Virus record (IMG/VR): IMGVR_UViG_3300010334_004649
Length of the DNA: 64,000 bases
From: an uncultured virus (IMG/VR IMGVR_UViG_3300010334_004649)
Taxonomy: Duplodnaviria; Heunggongvirae; Uroviricota; Caudoviricetes
Reading direction: 5' to 3' (one strand)
Shown here: in pieces, positions 47,640 to 58,773 of the stretch
How positions within the stretch are numbered: the stretch's first letter is position 1
Layout: each line of letters begins with the position of its first letter
Notes under the pieces: model-generated
What the model was told of the DNA's origin: nothing
The model's database searches: none
The model's input: the letters and a program-made list of their open reading frames with translations, nothing else
Program-made: the position numbers and the translations under genes

Positions 47640-49483
47640 CCAATGCGGAACGCATGAGGCAACTTATAGATGAACTAGAGTTGGAGATGGCAGGTAACAA
47701 ACTGCCATCTGCTCCTGCGGTACTGCAAAATGGAAAAAAAGTTCTTACAGAAGACCAAACCACCACTATTGAAGAAAACCTCCGAGATTGGTTCAACCAG
47801 AAGTGGGTACGGTTTGGACCAGACGGCAAGATCCGCGGCGCATGTGCTCGAGGCAGTGACAAAGAAGGCAAGCCCAAGTGCCTGCCGCAGGCCAAAGCTC
47901 ATGCATTGGGCAAGAAGAAGCGTGCCACCGCTGCGCGCCGCAAACGCAGAGAAGATCCACATGCAGATCGTCGAGGTGCTGCAAAGAATGTGCATACAAA
48001 CGAGTCTATTGCAGAAGATTCGGCGCTGAGTGCAGCTATACGACGTGTACAACACCTGCTGAATGACCGTTTTGGTGCCAATTTGGACGTAGATGGTATA
48101 TTTGGGCCTCTTACCCTGCAGTCAATCAACATGTTTATGCCTGGGGCTGATTTTGGCCCAGCGCCCCATCCAGACCGTACCACTGCGGTCCAAGGCCTGC
48201 AGACTAAACCCGTAAGAGCAGATACTTGCCCGTTCTGCGGCGGAGAAATGTATGATGTCGACACAATGTTGGAAAACAAAGATGCCTGTTATTACAAGGT
48301 AAAACGTCGTTACAAAGTATGGCCCAGTGCCTACGCCAGTGGAGCGCTGGTGCAATGCCGGAAGCGGGGTGCCAAAAATTGGGGCAAGAGCCAGACAAAT
48401 GAAAATTCATCAGGACGGTTCGACGCTATTCCATCTGCTGTTACTAAAGATGGGCAATTGACCAACGCCCACTTCAAACAGAACTCCAGAGACCATGCCA
48501 ATGTGCGGATGGACCGTCAACAAGTCGACGAAAATATGGACCATTCCAAAGATACTCAAGCCGTAGCTGAATTGGCTGCAGCACTGCTGGCACGTAAACG
48601 TAGTCTTAAGCGTTTGAAAAACAACACAGAAAAACTCTATTCTGAGATAGATCAACTGATGACCACGGTAGCCAAGACCCACGGTATCAGCGGGCAAAAA
48701 CTTCACGACATGTGGATAGCCAAATACCATGAGGTGCCAGATACTTGGATACAGTTGGCAGAAATTGATCATGTAGACGAAGCATGGAGCAAAAAATACA
48801 AAAAAAGTATAAATTGCAGCAATCCCAAAGGATTTAGCCAAAAAGCCCATTGTGCTGCAAGACGCAAAAGACAACGTCATCAGCCTACCAAAAGCAAAAG
48901 TGTCAGCGAAAACCAAAACCCAGTTGACAATGAAAATTTAATCTCAGTCAACAATGCCAAAATCCTGATGCCGCAGATACTCTCAAAGGTCCAAAAGATT
49001 TATGATGATTGGGACGAATCTGATCGAGACACCTATGCTGGTGGGGGAATCTGCCACCTACTGTCAGATGCCATTTGTAACATACTCAATGATAATGATA
49101 TAGACTCTACTCCAGTTAGTTGCACAATGGAACAACATGTTTATGTTGTGGCTAAATTCCAAGAAGGTATCTATGAGGTCGATATACCATATCATGTTTA
49201 TGAAATAGGTGGCGGTTATTCTTGGAGCAAGATACCAGATGTAAAGTTTGAGCCCAGTGATGTGAGATTCCAAAAGTTATCAGGAGATCCAAACCAGTGG
49301 GAAAATTATATAGAAGAAAACTTTGCTGATGGTCGAGGTCCTGGTAGACCAGGTGACAGTGCTAGACATGGCATTCCACGGCACGCTACACTTGCACAAT
49401 TGGATGTAATTGGCCAAGGCAAGGGCCGCAAGGCTCAACTGGCCAGATGGCAGGCAAACATGCGCAGAGGTAGGAAAAAATGA
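47636..49483 (+). CDS. Mosaic multi-module basic protein (putative internal head protein)
   Basis: Short Cys/Arg/Lys-rich modules and PG-binding-like VDGIFGPLT. Confidence 0.65.
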   Translation: MTNAERMRQLIDELELEMAGNKLPSAPAVLQNGKKVLTEDQTTTIEENLRDWFNQKWVRFGPDGKIRGACARGSDKEGKPKCLPQAKAHALGKKKRATAARRKRREDPHADRRGAAKNVHTNESIAEDSALSAAIRRVQHLLNDRFGANLDVDGIFGPLTLQSINMFMPGADFGPAPHPDRTTAVQGLQTKPVRADTCPFCGGEMYDVDTMLENKDACYYKVKRRYKVWPSAYASGALVQCRKRGAKNWGKSQTNENSSGRFDAIPSAVTKDGQLTNAHFKQNSRDHANVRMDRQQVDENMDHSKDTQAVAELAAALLARKRSLKRLKNNTEKLYSEIDQLMTTVAKTHGISGQKLHDMWIAKYHEVPDTWIQLAEIDHVDEAWSKKYKKSINCSNPKGFSQKAHCAARRKRQRHQPTKSKSVSENQNPVDNENLISVNNAKILMPQILSKVQKIYDDWDESDRDTYAGGGICHLLSDAICNILNDNDIDSTPVSCTMEQHVYVVAKFQEGIYEVDIPYHVYEIGGGYSWSKIPDVKFEPSDVRFQKLSGDPNQWENYIEENFADGRGPGRPGDSARHGIPRHATLAQLDVIGQGKGRKAQLARWQANMRRGRKK

Positions 49484-49716
49484 CCATAAGAATACAACCG
49501 GGGACAAAATTCCCACACACCGTGGCTGTTGGGTCTGAGGAGTCTATCGGTCCAGGTCATACCTACAGCACATTAGCAGATTGGTGCAGTAATCTCATGG
49601 GAGACATGGACAAAAACTGGACCATATGCTGGGATGACATTAGTGGCATGACATGGACATTCCGTAACAGGTTAGATGCCAGCCTGTTTAATTTCACCTG
49701 GTGTTCAGATAGATAG
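49480..49716 (+). CDS. Small hypothetical protein
   Basis: DWC...FRNRLDASLFNFTW. Confidence 0.6.
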   Translation: MTIRIQPGTKFPHTVAVGSEESIGPGHTYSTLADWCSNLMGDMDKNWTICWDDISGMTWTFRNRLDASLFNFTWCSDR

Positions 49717-49752
49717 TCAACAGAGGTATAACCTGCAGATGCTTTTTGGGAG

Positions 49753-50004
49753 ATGATACGAATGAAAAGACTACTTAATCACCACGAGCATAAAATAATC
49801 ACAGATAATGCCAAGGCTGCATGGACTCGTTGGTACACAACTGGTGTCAAAGGCGACATGATGTTGCCTCAGGATACACTGGAGTTTTGGATGATAGTTG
49901 AGACTGAGAAATATCTACAATCAATTCGCCAAGATCATCAAGGCCTTGATGATCTTGGCGACAATTTAAAATTTAGGTGCAATGACAGCGAAACTGGTGC
50001 CTAA
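49753..50004 (+). CDS. Hypothetical protein
   Basis: 83-aa ORF. Confidence 0.5.
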   Translation: MIRMKRLLNHHEHKIITDNAKAAWTRWYTTGVKGDMMLPQDTLEFWMIVETEKYLQSIRQDHQGLDDLGDNLKFRCNDSETGA

Positions 50005-50503
50005 CATTGTCAGTTCATATGGGCCAAAAACACCCATGCTGACAGCCCAACAACCAAAATCAACATGTTGGTAAAAGATTTTAAACCCCATTTCAACGTT
50101 ATCCATATAAGCCAGATAAAAACTCCCAGCAAGAAAAAATTCTGAACGGTTCTTTTGGTATTGTTGTCCATATCTGTCTCCATTGTGAGAGTGGTGTTGG
50201 TTACCAGTTGATAATAACATACATCCGCTAGATTTCAACCAAAATCATGTCAATGACGATGTGAATATGGAGAATGCTGATAATAAGAGTGATGGTATGA
50301 ATAATTTCCATGCGGGACTATCATGCAGCCCTGCAGAACAAGAATCACCACAAACATTAACACGAATTTGAACATGTTTGATCTCCATTTGTATGGTAAT
50401 TTGATGTTAACATGTTTGGTCAAAAACTGCAACCTGTTTGATCCAATCTGTTGATTATTTCCACAGATCTTATGGACCAGCCGCAGGGCAGTGTAACCCT
50501 GTT

Positions 50504-51061
50504 TCAAACATAACCAGTTTCTTGTAACATATCATAAACTGCATTATATGAGTGCTTCCGCGTCTGCAGGACCAATGCCCTTCGTGCAACTGGTACATCA
50601 CTGCTACTTTCTACACTGTGTGGTTTAGTAACGTCTAACAACCAACTTTCGCCATCTGCAGCTGTAAATTCAGCTGCCGACTCTAAACAGGCTTCGTCAA
50701 AGATCGCACCATTTGTTTGATTGGCTATCTTGCTTGTTACAGGTTCTTGATCCTTTTTGAGTTGCCAAAATCGCGTGACACATCCGCTGGTTTCGACATA
50801 GCAATTAATGGTAGCCAGTATACCGCTATCGGTATGAGGTGGAATACGTGAGCGATTTATACTCATACACAGCACAGCAAAATCACTCCGATACCTCAAG
50901 GGGATGACGTTGTATAATCCGTCAAAATCGCCTTTGGCAATATGATACTGGATACCTCGGAAAGTTCCGGTGTCGTCCGGGCGACCATATCTAGTCCAAA
51001 GAGTCTGCGTCTCAAAGTTGGAAATTGGAATGTTTTTTGATAATTTTGTGAACATGTCCAT
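50504..51061 (-). CDS. Putative cupin / 2OG-Fe(II) oxygenase-like protein
   Basis: PPHTDSG...INCY...LLDVTKPHSV...RRAL; similar to 12882-13460. Confidence 0.6.
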   Translation of the reverse strand: MDMFTKLSKNIPISNFETQTLWTRYGRPDDTGTFRGIQYHIAKGDFDGLYNVIPLRYRSDFAVLCMSINRSRIPPHTDSGILATINCYVETSGCVTRFWQLKKDQEPVTSKIANQTNGAIFDEACLESAAEFTAADGESWLLDVTKPHSVESSSDVPVARRALVLQTRKHSYNAVYDMLQETGYV

Positions 51062-51382
51062 TTATACCATCAAACCATATCTTTGGTCAATTTCTGTAGG
51101 ATTGTGTTGACTTAGGAAAAAGATGCATTAATATAGCAGTTGTTAGAGCTAACCACACACGGAGATCATATCTTGTTCTACATCTTGGTTGACACTGAAT
51201 CAGAATCTGCCTGCATGACTTTTGACAGCCTTGCTAAAGCACAAGAGGCTTGTTCATATCGCAAGAGGACAGTTGGTGGGAAGTGGAAAGTAATCCGCAC
51301 GGATTCAACCAACCAAATGGTCAAGGAGTCTATGCAGAACTAGATCATGTGAACAAAAAAATATAAAAACACTAACAAAAAA

Positions 51383-51429
51383 TAAACAATAATTGGGTCA
51401 TCTGTTTTGGTTGACCCAATTATTGTTTA
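51383..51429. terminator. Inverted repeat between convergent genes
   Basis: TAAACAATAATTGGGTCA-N11-TGACCCAATTATTGTTTA. Confidence 0.7.
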
Positions 51430-51433
51430 ATTA

Positions 51434-51724
51434 TCAACTACCGGGGTTGGTCTGAGCCAGCTCAGGATTTTTCAATGCCAGTTCGGTAATCAGTCCACGT
51501 CCGCGTGAGGTGCTGAGTGTGTACGACACTGCTTGTCCTACCACTAGTGTTTCTGCCAAACCAGCACTGCGTACGGTGTTGATATGAACAAACAGATTAC
51601 GCTGCATGCCAGTGTCCGGTGTAACTAGACCAAAGCCCTTGCTGGCATCGAACCATTTTACGGTTCCTGTACCTGTGGTGATCACAGGTGTATCATTCAT
51701 TGTTGGACGATTTGCACCACTCAT
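51434..51724 (-). CDS. Cold-shock domain protein
   Basis: GTVKWFDASKGFGLV, LFVH; AGGAGG RBS. Confidence 0.9.
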   Translation of the reverse strand: MSGANRPTMNDTPVITTGTGTVKWFDASKGFGLVTPDTGMQRNLFVHINTVRSAGLAETLVVGQAVSYTLSTSRGRGLITELALKNPELAQTNPGS

Positions 51725-51826
51725 TGTGTTTTGCCTCCTATTAAATTGGCAGTTGTATAGGTTATTTATTTCTATGGGCTAACCTAAAGGCAAACAGACT
51801 TTGGCTGGGAAGATTAAATTATGCTT

Positions 51827-52111
51827 TCACGCATTCATCAACATATGAGCCACATAGTAATCCATGGGAATTTTGACTAGATTACGAGATGGATCAATTC
51901 GGCGCTCATAAACAATCCCATTCAACATGTACCCTACCAACACCTGTTTGCGGAGCAGTTTTTTGATCCTACCGGTCACAAGCGAAGCAGGATGTCTATG
52001 ATGCTTGGGCACTTTTATGGCCACAGCATCACCTACGACTATGTTTTGCCCAATGAAATCATCCATGGTATGTTCCTCTTGCCTTATCATTTGTAGATAA
52101 CATGCTTGCAA
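51827..52111 (-). CDS. Hypothetical protein
   Basis: ORF; likely starts at internal MDDFIG. Confidence 0.55.
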   Translation of the reverse strand: MQACYLQMIRQEEHTMDDFIGQNIVVGDAVAIKVPKHHRHPASLVTGRIKKLLRKQVLVGYMLNGIVYERRIDPSRNLVKIPMDYYVAHMLMNA

Positions 52112-52272
52112 TAACTGTCAACGACAATCACTGCAGATTAGAAAAATATACCATAAAGAATGCCCAGAGGTATGGCAACCAGCATCAACTCAGCCAAAGC
52201 TGTCACAAAAAAATTGCTGAACATCATCAGCAACGACAGCATCAATAACATCTGCATGATCAAACTCCTTGG

Positions 52273-53145
52273 TCAGTGGGTACCAATGTCCATTTCAGTG
52301 AAAACCTTACCAAGGACTGAAACAGGAATCAATGATGGTTGCCAATAACCCCAGGGATTAAGCATCTTGGCATAAGTGGTATTGCCACTGGTTACCAGTC
52401 CGCTAAACATATAACAGTGACCACCAACCAAATTATAACTGCTGTTGCCAACACTGGTATCAAAGGTAATGAGATCCTTGGCATTGATAAATGTGTTGAG
52501 ATTGGCCAAGGTCATTTGACCAGTGCCGTAGGCCGTAGCCACATGTCCTGTTAGTGTTTCCATTGCCAACGTGGGGAAACCACCGTTGGCAATAGCACCA
52601 ATGCCACCCTGCAGTTGAGCAAAAGCCTGCTCCATGATCTGTGGCCAAATAACTTTGAAATCGCCCTGCAGGGCCTGTGTAGAACCGCCGTTGACTGCAT
52701 TGGCAGCAAAATTATTAGTCACTGTGATAGACACGGGTTTGAAACTTTTTGTACCAAAGCTGATCAAACTGCCAGTTGCTGACTTGTAGAGTGTGACTGT
52801 TTCGGTACCATTGCTGTTGATATGGATAGCATTGGTAATCGCTGAGGGATTATAAATGGCTTCCTCACCAAGGCTGCTGAGAAAATAACAGTCACCAATC
52901 TGTCCCTGGTTGATCATAGACACATCGATTGGCTTGTTGCCTGTGGCAAAAACTTCTGTTGGTTTTGCCTTGTATGCTGCAACGGTCTGAGGAATATAAC
53001 TGCCAACAATCATCGCAGATGCTGCGGTGAATGGACCAAGGCCCAGATCGTCCATATCAATGCCAACTACAGCGTCACTCACAGGCTCATAGTGACCAAA
53101 TATATCATTGTGTTGGTATATATCAAAAATGTGTCGCATTGTCAT
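52273..53145 (-). CDS. Calpain-like (C2) cysteine peptidase
   Basis: QGQIGDCYFLSSL, GHCY, NPWG catalytic-triad motifs. Confidence 0.85.
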   Translation of the reverse strand: MTMRHIFDIYQHNDIFGHYEPVSDAVVGIDMDDLGLGPFTAASAMIVGSYIPQTVAAYKAKPTEVFATGNKPIDVSMINQGQIGDCYFLSSLGEEAIYNPSAITNAIHINSNGTETVTLYKSATGSLISFGTKSFKPVSITVTNNFAANAVNGGSTQALQGDFKVIWPQIMEQAFAQLQGGIGAIANGGFPTLAMETLTGHVATAYGTGQMTLANLNTFINAKDLITFDTSVGNSSYNLVGGHCYMFSGLVTSGNTTYAKMLNPWGYWQPSLIPVSVLGKVFTEMDIGTH

Positions 53146-53211
53146 ATGTGCCGGCCTTTTTGCTGTTTTTTACATTTTACACGATGAACCTGATCTGCGT
53201 CTAGAACTGCA

Positions 53212-53493
53212 TCAGATATCATAGGCACGCCCTTTGCGGCCCTGTTTGGTCTTGATACCGGTTGGTAACCCTTCATTGCTGAGTTTCATGCTCCACAGCA
53301 ACTTGACCAATTGTGGAACTGTACCAGCTGCTGTTACCTGTTGGCGTAGATCTGCTCGGCGTTCTGGCGACCTAGCATTGTTGAACATGAGATCCAACGT
53401 GGCAGCGCGTGCCTGTTGCATATTGGTCATAACACTGATGGTTTGTATGTCATCAGCATTGATCCATTCGCAGAGGATTTCACTGAGTCTCAT
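53212..53493 (-). CDS. Hypothetical late protein
   Basis: MRLSEILCE start; coupled to upstream gene. Confidence 0.6.
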   Translation of the reverse strand: MRLSEILCEWINADDIQTISVMTNMQQARAATLDLMFNNARSPERRADLRQQVTAAGTVPQLVKLLWSMKLSNEGLPTGIKTKQGRKGRAYDI

Positions 53494-55160
53494 CAGGTCA
53501 CAACTATTATTTCGCCAGTGGTGGGGCTGTAGTACATGGGATAAAATCCTCCTGGTACAGTGGCTGAACTGCGTATTGGTCTAACATAGGTCCGGCATGA
53601 TACTTCACTACAAATATTAAACACTCCGCCACTGCCATTTATCACAATGGTATTTACTGGTAGACTGCACGAGCCTGCTCCACTGCCAATAGCCACAGCA
53701 TTGGCTCCCATATTAATACGTCCAGCATTTGATCCAATAGCCGTTGCATTGGCCCCTTGGTTACAGAGACCCGCCGAACTGCCAATTGCCAGTGCAAAGG
53801 GCTGTTGAATCCTATATCCTGCATGATGGCCAACGGCCACAGCGGTGTTGCCTTGATAGGCCCATCCAGCATACATACCAACAGCCACTGCAGCATAACC
53901 TTGTGTGCAGTTGCCGGCGCATGAGCCTATAGCCACTGCACACCTGCCTTGACAGCATTTGCCGGCATACGAACCAATGGCCACAGAAGAATTTCCCTGA
54001 CTACAGTAACCTGCATTCCTACCAATGGCCACAGCACAACTGGATTGGCCAAAATAGCCAGCGCTCCAACCAACAGCCACTGTGCCTGTAGACTGTCGGT
54101 AATTGGCTGCTTCATAACCAATAGCCACCGCGTGATCACATTGATATTGATATCCTGCACGGCTACCAATGGCCACCGAACAATACCGTTGTTCATAACT
54201 GCCAGCACAACTGCCAATTGCTACCGAGCAGCAGCCCTGGCAATATATGCCAGCTTCATAGCCTATGGCTATCCCACCATCACCTTGATTATATACTGCA
54301 GCATAGCATCCGATAGCAATGCTGCTGTTGCCTTGATTAGATATAAACAGTAGGTCACCACTGGGCGTTGTGCATGGCGGTGCTGTCAGGGTAACAACTC
54401 CCCCGCAGTGAATAGAAACTACTCTCTGGCCCAAACTAAACCCGTTGCCTACCACACGCATATTGTATATGATATTGTTAGTGCTTGATACTGTGATGTT
54501 ACTGCCGCAGGTTGGTCCACTGATGGTGGTTGATGCCAAACTGCCTATACCAGCACTGCTACCTATTGCAATTGAATCAGCCCCTTGGAAAATACGTCCA
54601 CTGCCATCGCCTATGGCAACTGCAGCCGTGCCTTGAAATAATGCTCCGGCCCCTACTCCAACAGCTATGGAATTTGGCCATTGATTATGGTAACCAGCAG
54701 CCGGCCCTATTGCTACTGAATTACTGTGCTGGCAGGCCTGACCAGCACTTTTACCCACTGATATTGCCATACATCCTTGGTGCATTTGGCCAGCGCAGTA
54801 TCCAATGGACACAGCAGAATAACCCTGCCCGGTAGCACCAGCGCCAAAGCCAACTGCCACGGCAAAAAAAGTCTGCCCAGTGGCACCGGCGTTTTTGCCA
54901 ATGGCAATCGCTCCGCAGCTCTGACAGGCTCCTGCACACCGTCCCAGTGCTATGCTGATTGGACCTGATTCACCAGTCTTGGCAACAAGACTGGACCAGG
55001 TAGCGCTGCCGCCACAGGTTATTGAATGCCCGCCGGGTGTGCCGCAATAGGCTCTAAGGCTTTCGGTGGTTGTGTCCCACCAAAGGTCGCCAGCATTGCC
55101 AACATAGCAGGCAGCAGGCACAGGTAAAACCTTGGTGATGAATTTTTGTGTGATGCTCAT
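53493..55160 (-). CDS. Fibre-like protein with 14-aa YadA-head-like repeats, Cys-rich
   Basis: Many A[IV]A[IV]GxxAGxxxQ repeats; C-terminal YYSPTTGEI; TAAATA upstream. Confidence 0.75.
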   Translation of the reverse strand: MSITQKFITKVLPVPAACYVGNAGDLWWDTTTESLRAYCGTPGGHSITCGGSATWSSLVAKTGESGPISIALGRCAGACQSCGAIAIGKNAGATGQTFFAVAVGFGAGATGQGYSAVSIGYCAGQMHQGCMAISVGKSAGQACQHSNSVAIGPAAGYHNQWPNSIAVGVGAGALFQGTAAVAIGDGSGRIFQGADSIAIGSSAGIGSLASTTISGPTCGSNITVSSTNNIIYNMRVVGNGFSLGQRVVSIHCGGVVTLTAPPCTTPSGDLLFISNQGNSSIAIGCYAAVYNQGDGGIAIGYEAGIYCQGCCSVAIGSCAGSYEQRYCSVAIGSRAGYQYQCDHAVAIGYEAANYRQSTGTVAVGWSAGYFGQSSCAVAIGRNAGYCSQGNSSVAIGSYAGKCCQGRCAVAIGSCAGNCTQGYAAVAVGMYAGWAYQGNTAVAVGHHAGYRIQQPFALAIGSSAGLCNQGANATAIGSNAGRINMGANAVAIGSGAGSCSLPVNTIVINGSGGVFNICSEVSCRTYVRPIRSSATVPGGFYPMYYSPTTGEIIVVT

Positions 55161-55251
55161 TATTGACAACCCCGGGGTATAATTTTGTATGAATTATTTA
55201 TCCTTTATCCGGGTCAAAGTTTGGATTTTTTTGATACAGACGTTTCAATCA

Positions 55252-55680
55252 CTATTGGTCAATGATTTCAATATGGTCTTGGACCACAGACAGTTTTACA
55301 ACCTTGCCATCAGTGATACGACAACCACCCCAACGTAGATAATCGCGCCCGCCGTCAACAAAGACGCCATTGTGCTCACGATAATCATGACGATATCTGC
55401 TGTAGATCACTTGGCCGTCGATGGCCACACCCAGGAATGGAATTGTAGCATCAATCGCATTAGCAATCATGGTATGACCATTGATGTCCTTATAGATTCC
55501 AAACCAATTGCTACCCTGAGGATGCGCCTGTTCTGTCCAAAATACCGCCACAGGATGATTGGACCATGATCCGTCGCGCAGTTTTAGACAGGTTTCACAA
55601 ACATACTTGGCTGACATTTTTTTTTCTATAATAGCAATGCCCGATGATGGGATGAAACTGCATTCTGCAAGTACCTGCAT
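55252..55680 (-). CDS. Hypothetical phage protein
   Basis: YSRYRHDYR...VDGGRDYLR. Confidence 0.65.
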   Translation of the reverse strand: MQVLAECSFIPSSGIAIIEKKMSAKYVCETCLKLRDGSWSNHPVAVFWTEQAHPQGSNWFGIYKDINGHTMIANAIDATIPFLGVAIDGQVIYSRYRHDYREHNGVFVDGGRDYLRWGGCRITDGKVVKLSVVQDHIEIIDQ

Positions 55681-56015
55681 ATTGGTTTTCCTAATCTAGG
55701 ATAGCAGTTTAGCATGGGGCATCCCATATGTCAATTCCTGTCATTGGTCAGGATGACTGTTAACCATCCGCGCAGCTTCATAAATTGCGATTATCTAGAC
55801 TTCATTTCTTCCTGCCTGGAAATAAAATAGTCTCGTATGATGTGCAGATTTGCCAGACGCTGCTGTGTCTCAGCAGTTGGATTTTGAATTGCTGACAGGC
55901 GAGATATAACTAGATCAACTTGATTAGTCAGTTCATACTGAAAAGCAGATACAAGTAGATAGTTCACTGATGCATTGTTCACTGGTATCTCCCGATATGA
56001 AAAATATTTAAAATG

Positions 56016-56693
56016 CTATACAAATGTCAGCACAAACTGAGCTTGCAACTCTCTAGACCAAGGCCATGTGATTTCATGTTGCCGCTGCCAACGCCTCACC
56101 TCAGCAGATATGTTGCGACCATTGATATACCATGCACGACGACCGTCGGCCCAGGTCATGGCAGGGCCATCTACTCTATGTCTCTGGCCCAGCAACCACC
56201 ACTCGGCAGTGCCATCCACGGTGATCACTGCGGGCCCATCAGTGCGATGCAGTTGTCCGTCGACATGCCATTCTTTATCGCCATGTAGTGTGGTACAGGC
56301 AGGTCCGTCAATTCTATGTCGGCGGCCTAGGACCCACCATTCTTGTCTACCATCCGATGATGTGTATGCTGGTCCATCTAACCTATGCTGTATACCATGC
56401 AACCACCATGATTCAGTTCCACAGGGCAATATACTTGCTGGACCGTTCTCACGATGTAGTTTATCATGCACTCGCCAACTGAGAGTGCCGTCGCTGCCCT
56501 GATAAGCTGGTCCGTCTACTCTGTGCCGTTGTCCGTATTGCCACCATTCTTTACTGCCATCTGATGAAATCACAGCAGGACCATCTAACCTATGCAGCAG
56601 GTCCTGACAGCCAATAACCCAAGTCACAGTACCGTCTGGTCTTACCTTGCGTTTTGATTCTCTGCTGTTGTGTGGGCCGTTCTTCTGCACCAT
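56016..56693 (-). CDS. HRxDGPA-repeat protein
   Basis: Seven repeats of HR[LVEIT][DN]GPA...W. Confidence 0.8.
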   Translation of the reverse strand: MVQKNGPHNSRESKRKVRPDGTVTWVIGCQDLLHRLDGPAVISSDGSKEWWQYGQRHRVDGPAYQGSDGTLSWRVHDKLHRENGPASILPCGTESWWLHGIQHRLDGPAYTSSDGRQEWWVLGRRHRIDGPACTTLHGDKEWHVDGQLHRTDGPAVITVDGTAEWWLLGQRHRVDGPAMTWADGRRAWYINGRNISAEVRRWQRQHEITWPWSRELQAQFVLTFV

Positions 56694-57646
56694 ACTGAAC
56701 CTCACTGCTAGCACAGAATATTTAGTTTTTTTGGCTGGCACAGTTGGTCTTCAACAGCAATGGTCGAAGATGAAACAAGCACTGTCTAGGGTTTGGCCAA
56801 GCCGTTGACCTCCCGCAGTTGACGCGCTATCTCACTGTGTATTCGCATGAGATTATCAACAAGATCATGTGACTCCAATCTGTGTGCAAGACAAATTAGT
56901 TTTTCTATCTTGTTGATCCTGTCAGTCCAGTCATCTATGTCTTGTGTTGTGTTGGTCATATCTGCTCTAATCGTGATAATTTTATGAATATCGATAGCAA
57001 AAAAACCAACGATTTCAAATCAATTGATCTATCGCAATGCCTCGTTGAGGCAGCCTTTTGATCATTGGCCTATTACACGGTGTTCGTGCATAAATTTCTC
57101 CGCAAACAGCAGTCTGTGCTGCGTGATTATGTGCAATATCCAAAGTTGTAGACTGTAGTTCAGTGGTGTTGACCTGTGGCACATTTCTAGAATCACAAAT
57201 TGGTTTAATCATTGACAACAACGTGATCACAAGTTCACTTTGCTTTTGGCCAAACATCTTTGAAAATTCTATCAAGTTGCTGGATAATCTCAGGCTTCAC
57301 CAGCGTTCAACGTTGCGGCAGCGGAGTTGACTCAGAGGATAACCATAGGCATCATGCCCGATAAAAACATTTTCGCAGACATTTTCCCACCAGTGGCGAT
57401 GATAATCATTGTATCTATTCCAATATGGTTGGTAGTGTTGGTGATGTTCATACTGGTGGTTGTGATGATGTTCATCAGCAACTGCTTTGGTATTGACCAA
57501 CATGACAAAAAATACAGCAAGTACGATATTATTCTTCATGATCTATTCCTTGGTCAATTAACTGTTATAGACTAGCCTGCACAGATCACAACCACCTTTG
57601 GTCATTGATAAAACAATTCTACAGGCTAGATGATTATAACAGCGGT

Positions 57647-57925
57647 TTATGACCGAGTCAACTGGTCTTTGACATGAGTTCTATCTATTTGTACAGATGT
57701 ACCAAGACCTTTTTTCAATTCAAGACCGCCCAGCATGCCTACAAAAGCGCCAACAATTGTGCTGAAGGCCATAGCCAAAATGTTGAAAATTTCCTTGTTG
57801 TCCACTCTTGAATCGAATAGCCCTATCAACAGACAGGACATCATGACCAACATGGTCAAACACAGTGTTGAAACCACCCTCAAGAGAATGCGTGCCAACA
57901 ACTGCTGTTGAAAGTCTGGGCCCAT
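57647..57925 (-). CDS. Two-TM membrane protein
   Basis: Two hydrophobic helices. Confidence 0.6.
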   Translation of the reverse strand: MGPDFQQQLLARILLRVVSTLCLTMLVMMSCLLIGLFDSRVDNKEIFNILAMAFSTIVGAFVGMLGGLELKKGLGTSVQIDRTHVKDQLTRS

Positions 57926-58419
57926 TATTCAGCCGGTCTAAAAATGACAAACACAGTACCACCGCTCTTCATTAGCTTGCTTTGAACCTTGGCTCCGTGT
58001 CTAGCAGCAAATATCTTGCTCATGGCCTGATATAGCTTGACTCTGCTGCCAGTGCCATCTTGATTATTTGTGTGTTTCTTACCGCCCATGCCAGAAAAAG
58101 TAATGAAACTCCAAGGATGTTTGGTAAAATAATCCTCAATCACAGCGGTTATTGCTGTCAATAATTTGGGAGCAACTGAGCCCCATTGGCCAGTAACAGC
58201 ATTAGTACCATCAACTGTGAATTCTATATCATATGCCGGCAGATCAGATCTTGCCATGTCAATCTGCCGTGACCAAAAAAACGGATCAATTTTTAAAAAA
58301 ACTATCTCTATGGTAGAACCATAGAACTCAAAAGTGGCTGTGTCATAATCGGGGTATTGCTCCCAGTGTATATCACTGGGTTTGCTAGACTGTTGTTGGA
58401 AAAGTTCATGTAATCGCAT
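57925..58419 (-). CDS. Hypothetical late protein
   Basis: TAAATA-N5-ATG; MRLHELF start. Confidence 0.65.
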   Translation of the reverse strand: MRLHELFQQQSSKPSDIHWEQYPDYDTATFEFYGSTIEIVFLKIDPFFWSRQIDMARSDLPAYDIEFTVDGTNAVTGQWGSVAPKLLTAITAVIEDYFTKHPWSFITFSGMGGKKHTNNQDGTGSRVKLYQAMSKIFAARHGAKVQSKLMKSGGTVFVIFRPAE

Positions 58420-58660
58420 GTGTTTATTTATCGGCAAACCGTGACAAAAACGGATCAACTTTAAATCACCAATTCCCTGCAAAACTCTATGATCTTGATA
58501 CCACAGCGTCGCTGGCGCCATCTCTGCCGAATTAGCATAGCAGATGATATTCTAAGATCAATAGATATTATGCATGGTTGTTTTGCAAAATCAACCAACT
58601 GTTATAGGTTCCAAAATTTTTCCAAAACCTGTAGATAATGTTCAAAATTTCTAATAGATG

Positions 58661-58744
58661 TGGAGTTAGGAGTGGGATTCGAACCCACGTGCCTTTCGGT
58701 ACAGTTTTGCAGACTGTTGCTTTCGACCACTCAGCCATCCTAAC
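58661..58744 (-). tRNA. tRNA-Cys(GCA), 84 nt, extended variable region
   Basis: GTTAGGA/TCCTAAC acceptor, U73, CCA; ACAGT-CTGCAAA-ACTGT; variable ACCGAAAGGCAC; TTCGAAT. Confidence 0.88.
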
Positions 58745-58773
58745 CTTGTGCTGTCTATGGTATCAGTAGCTGA

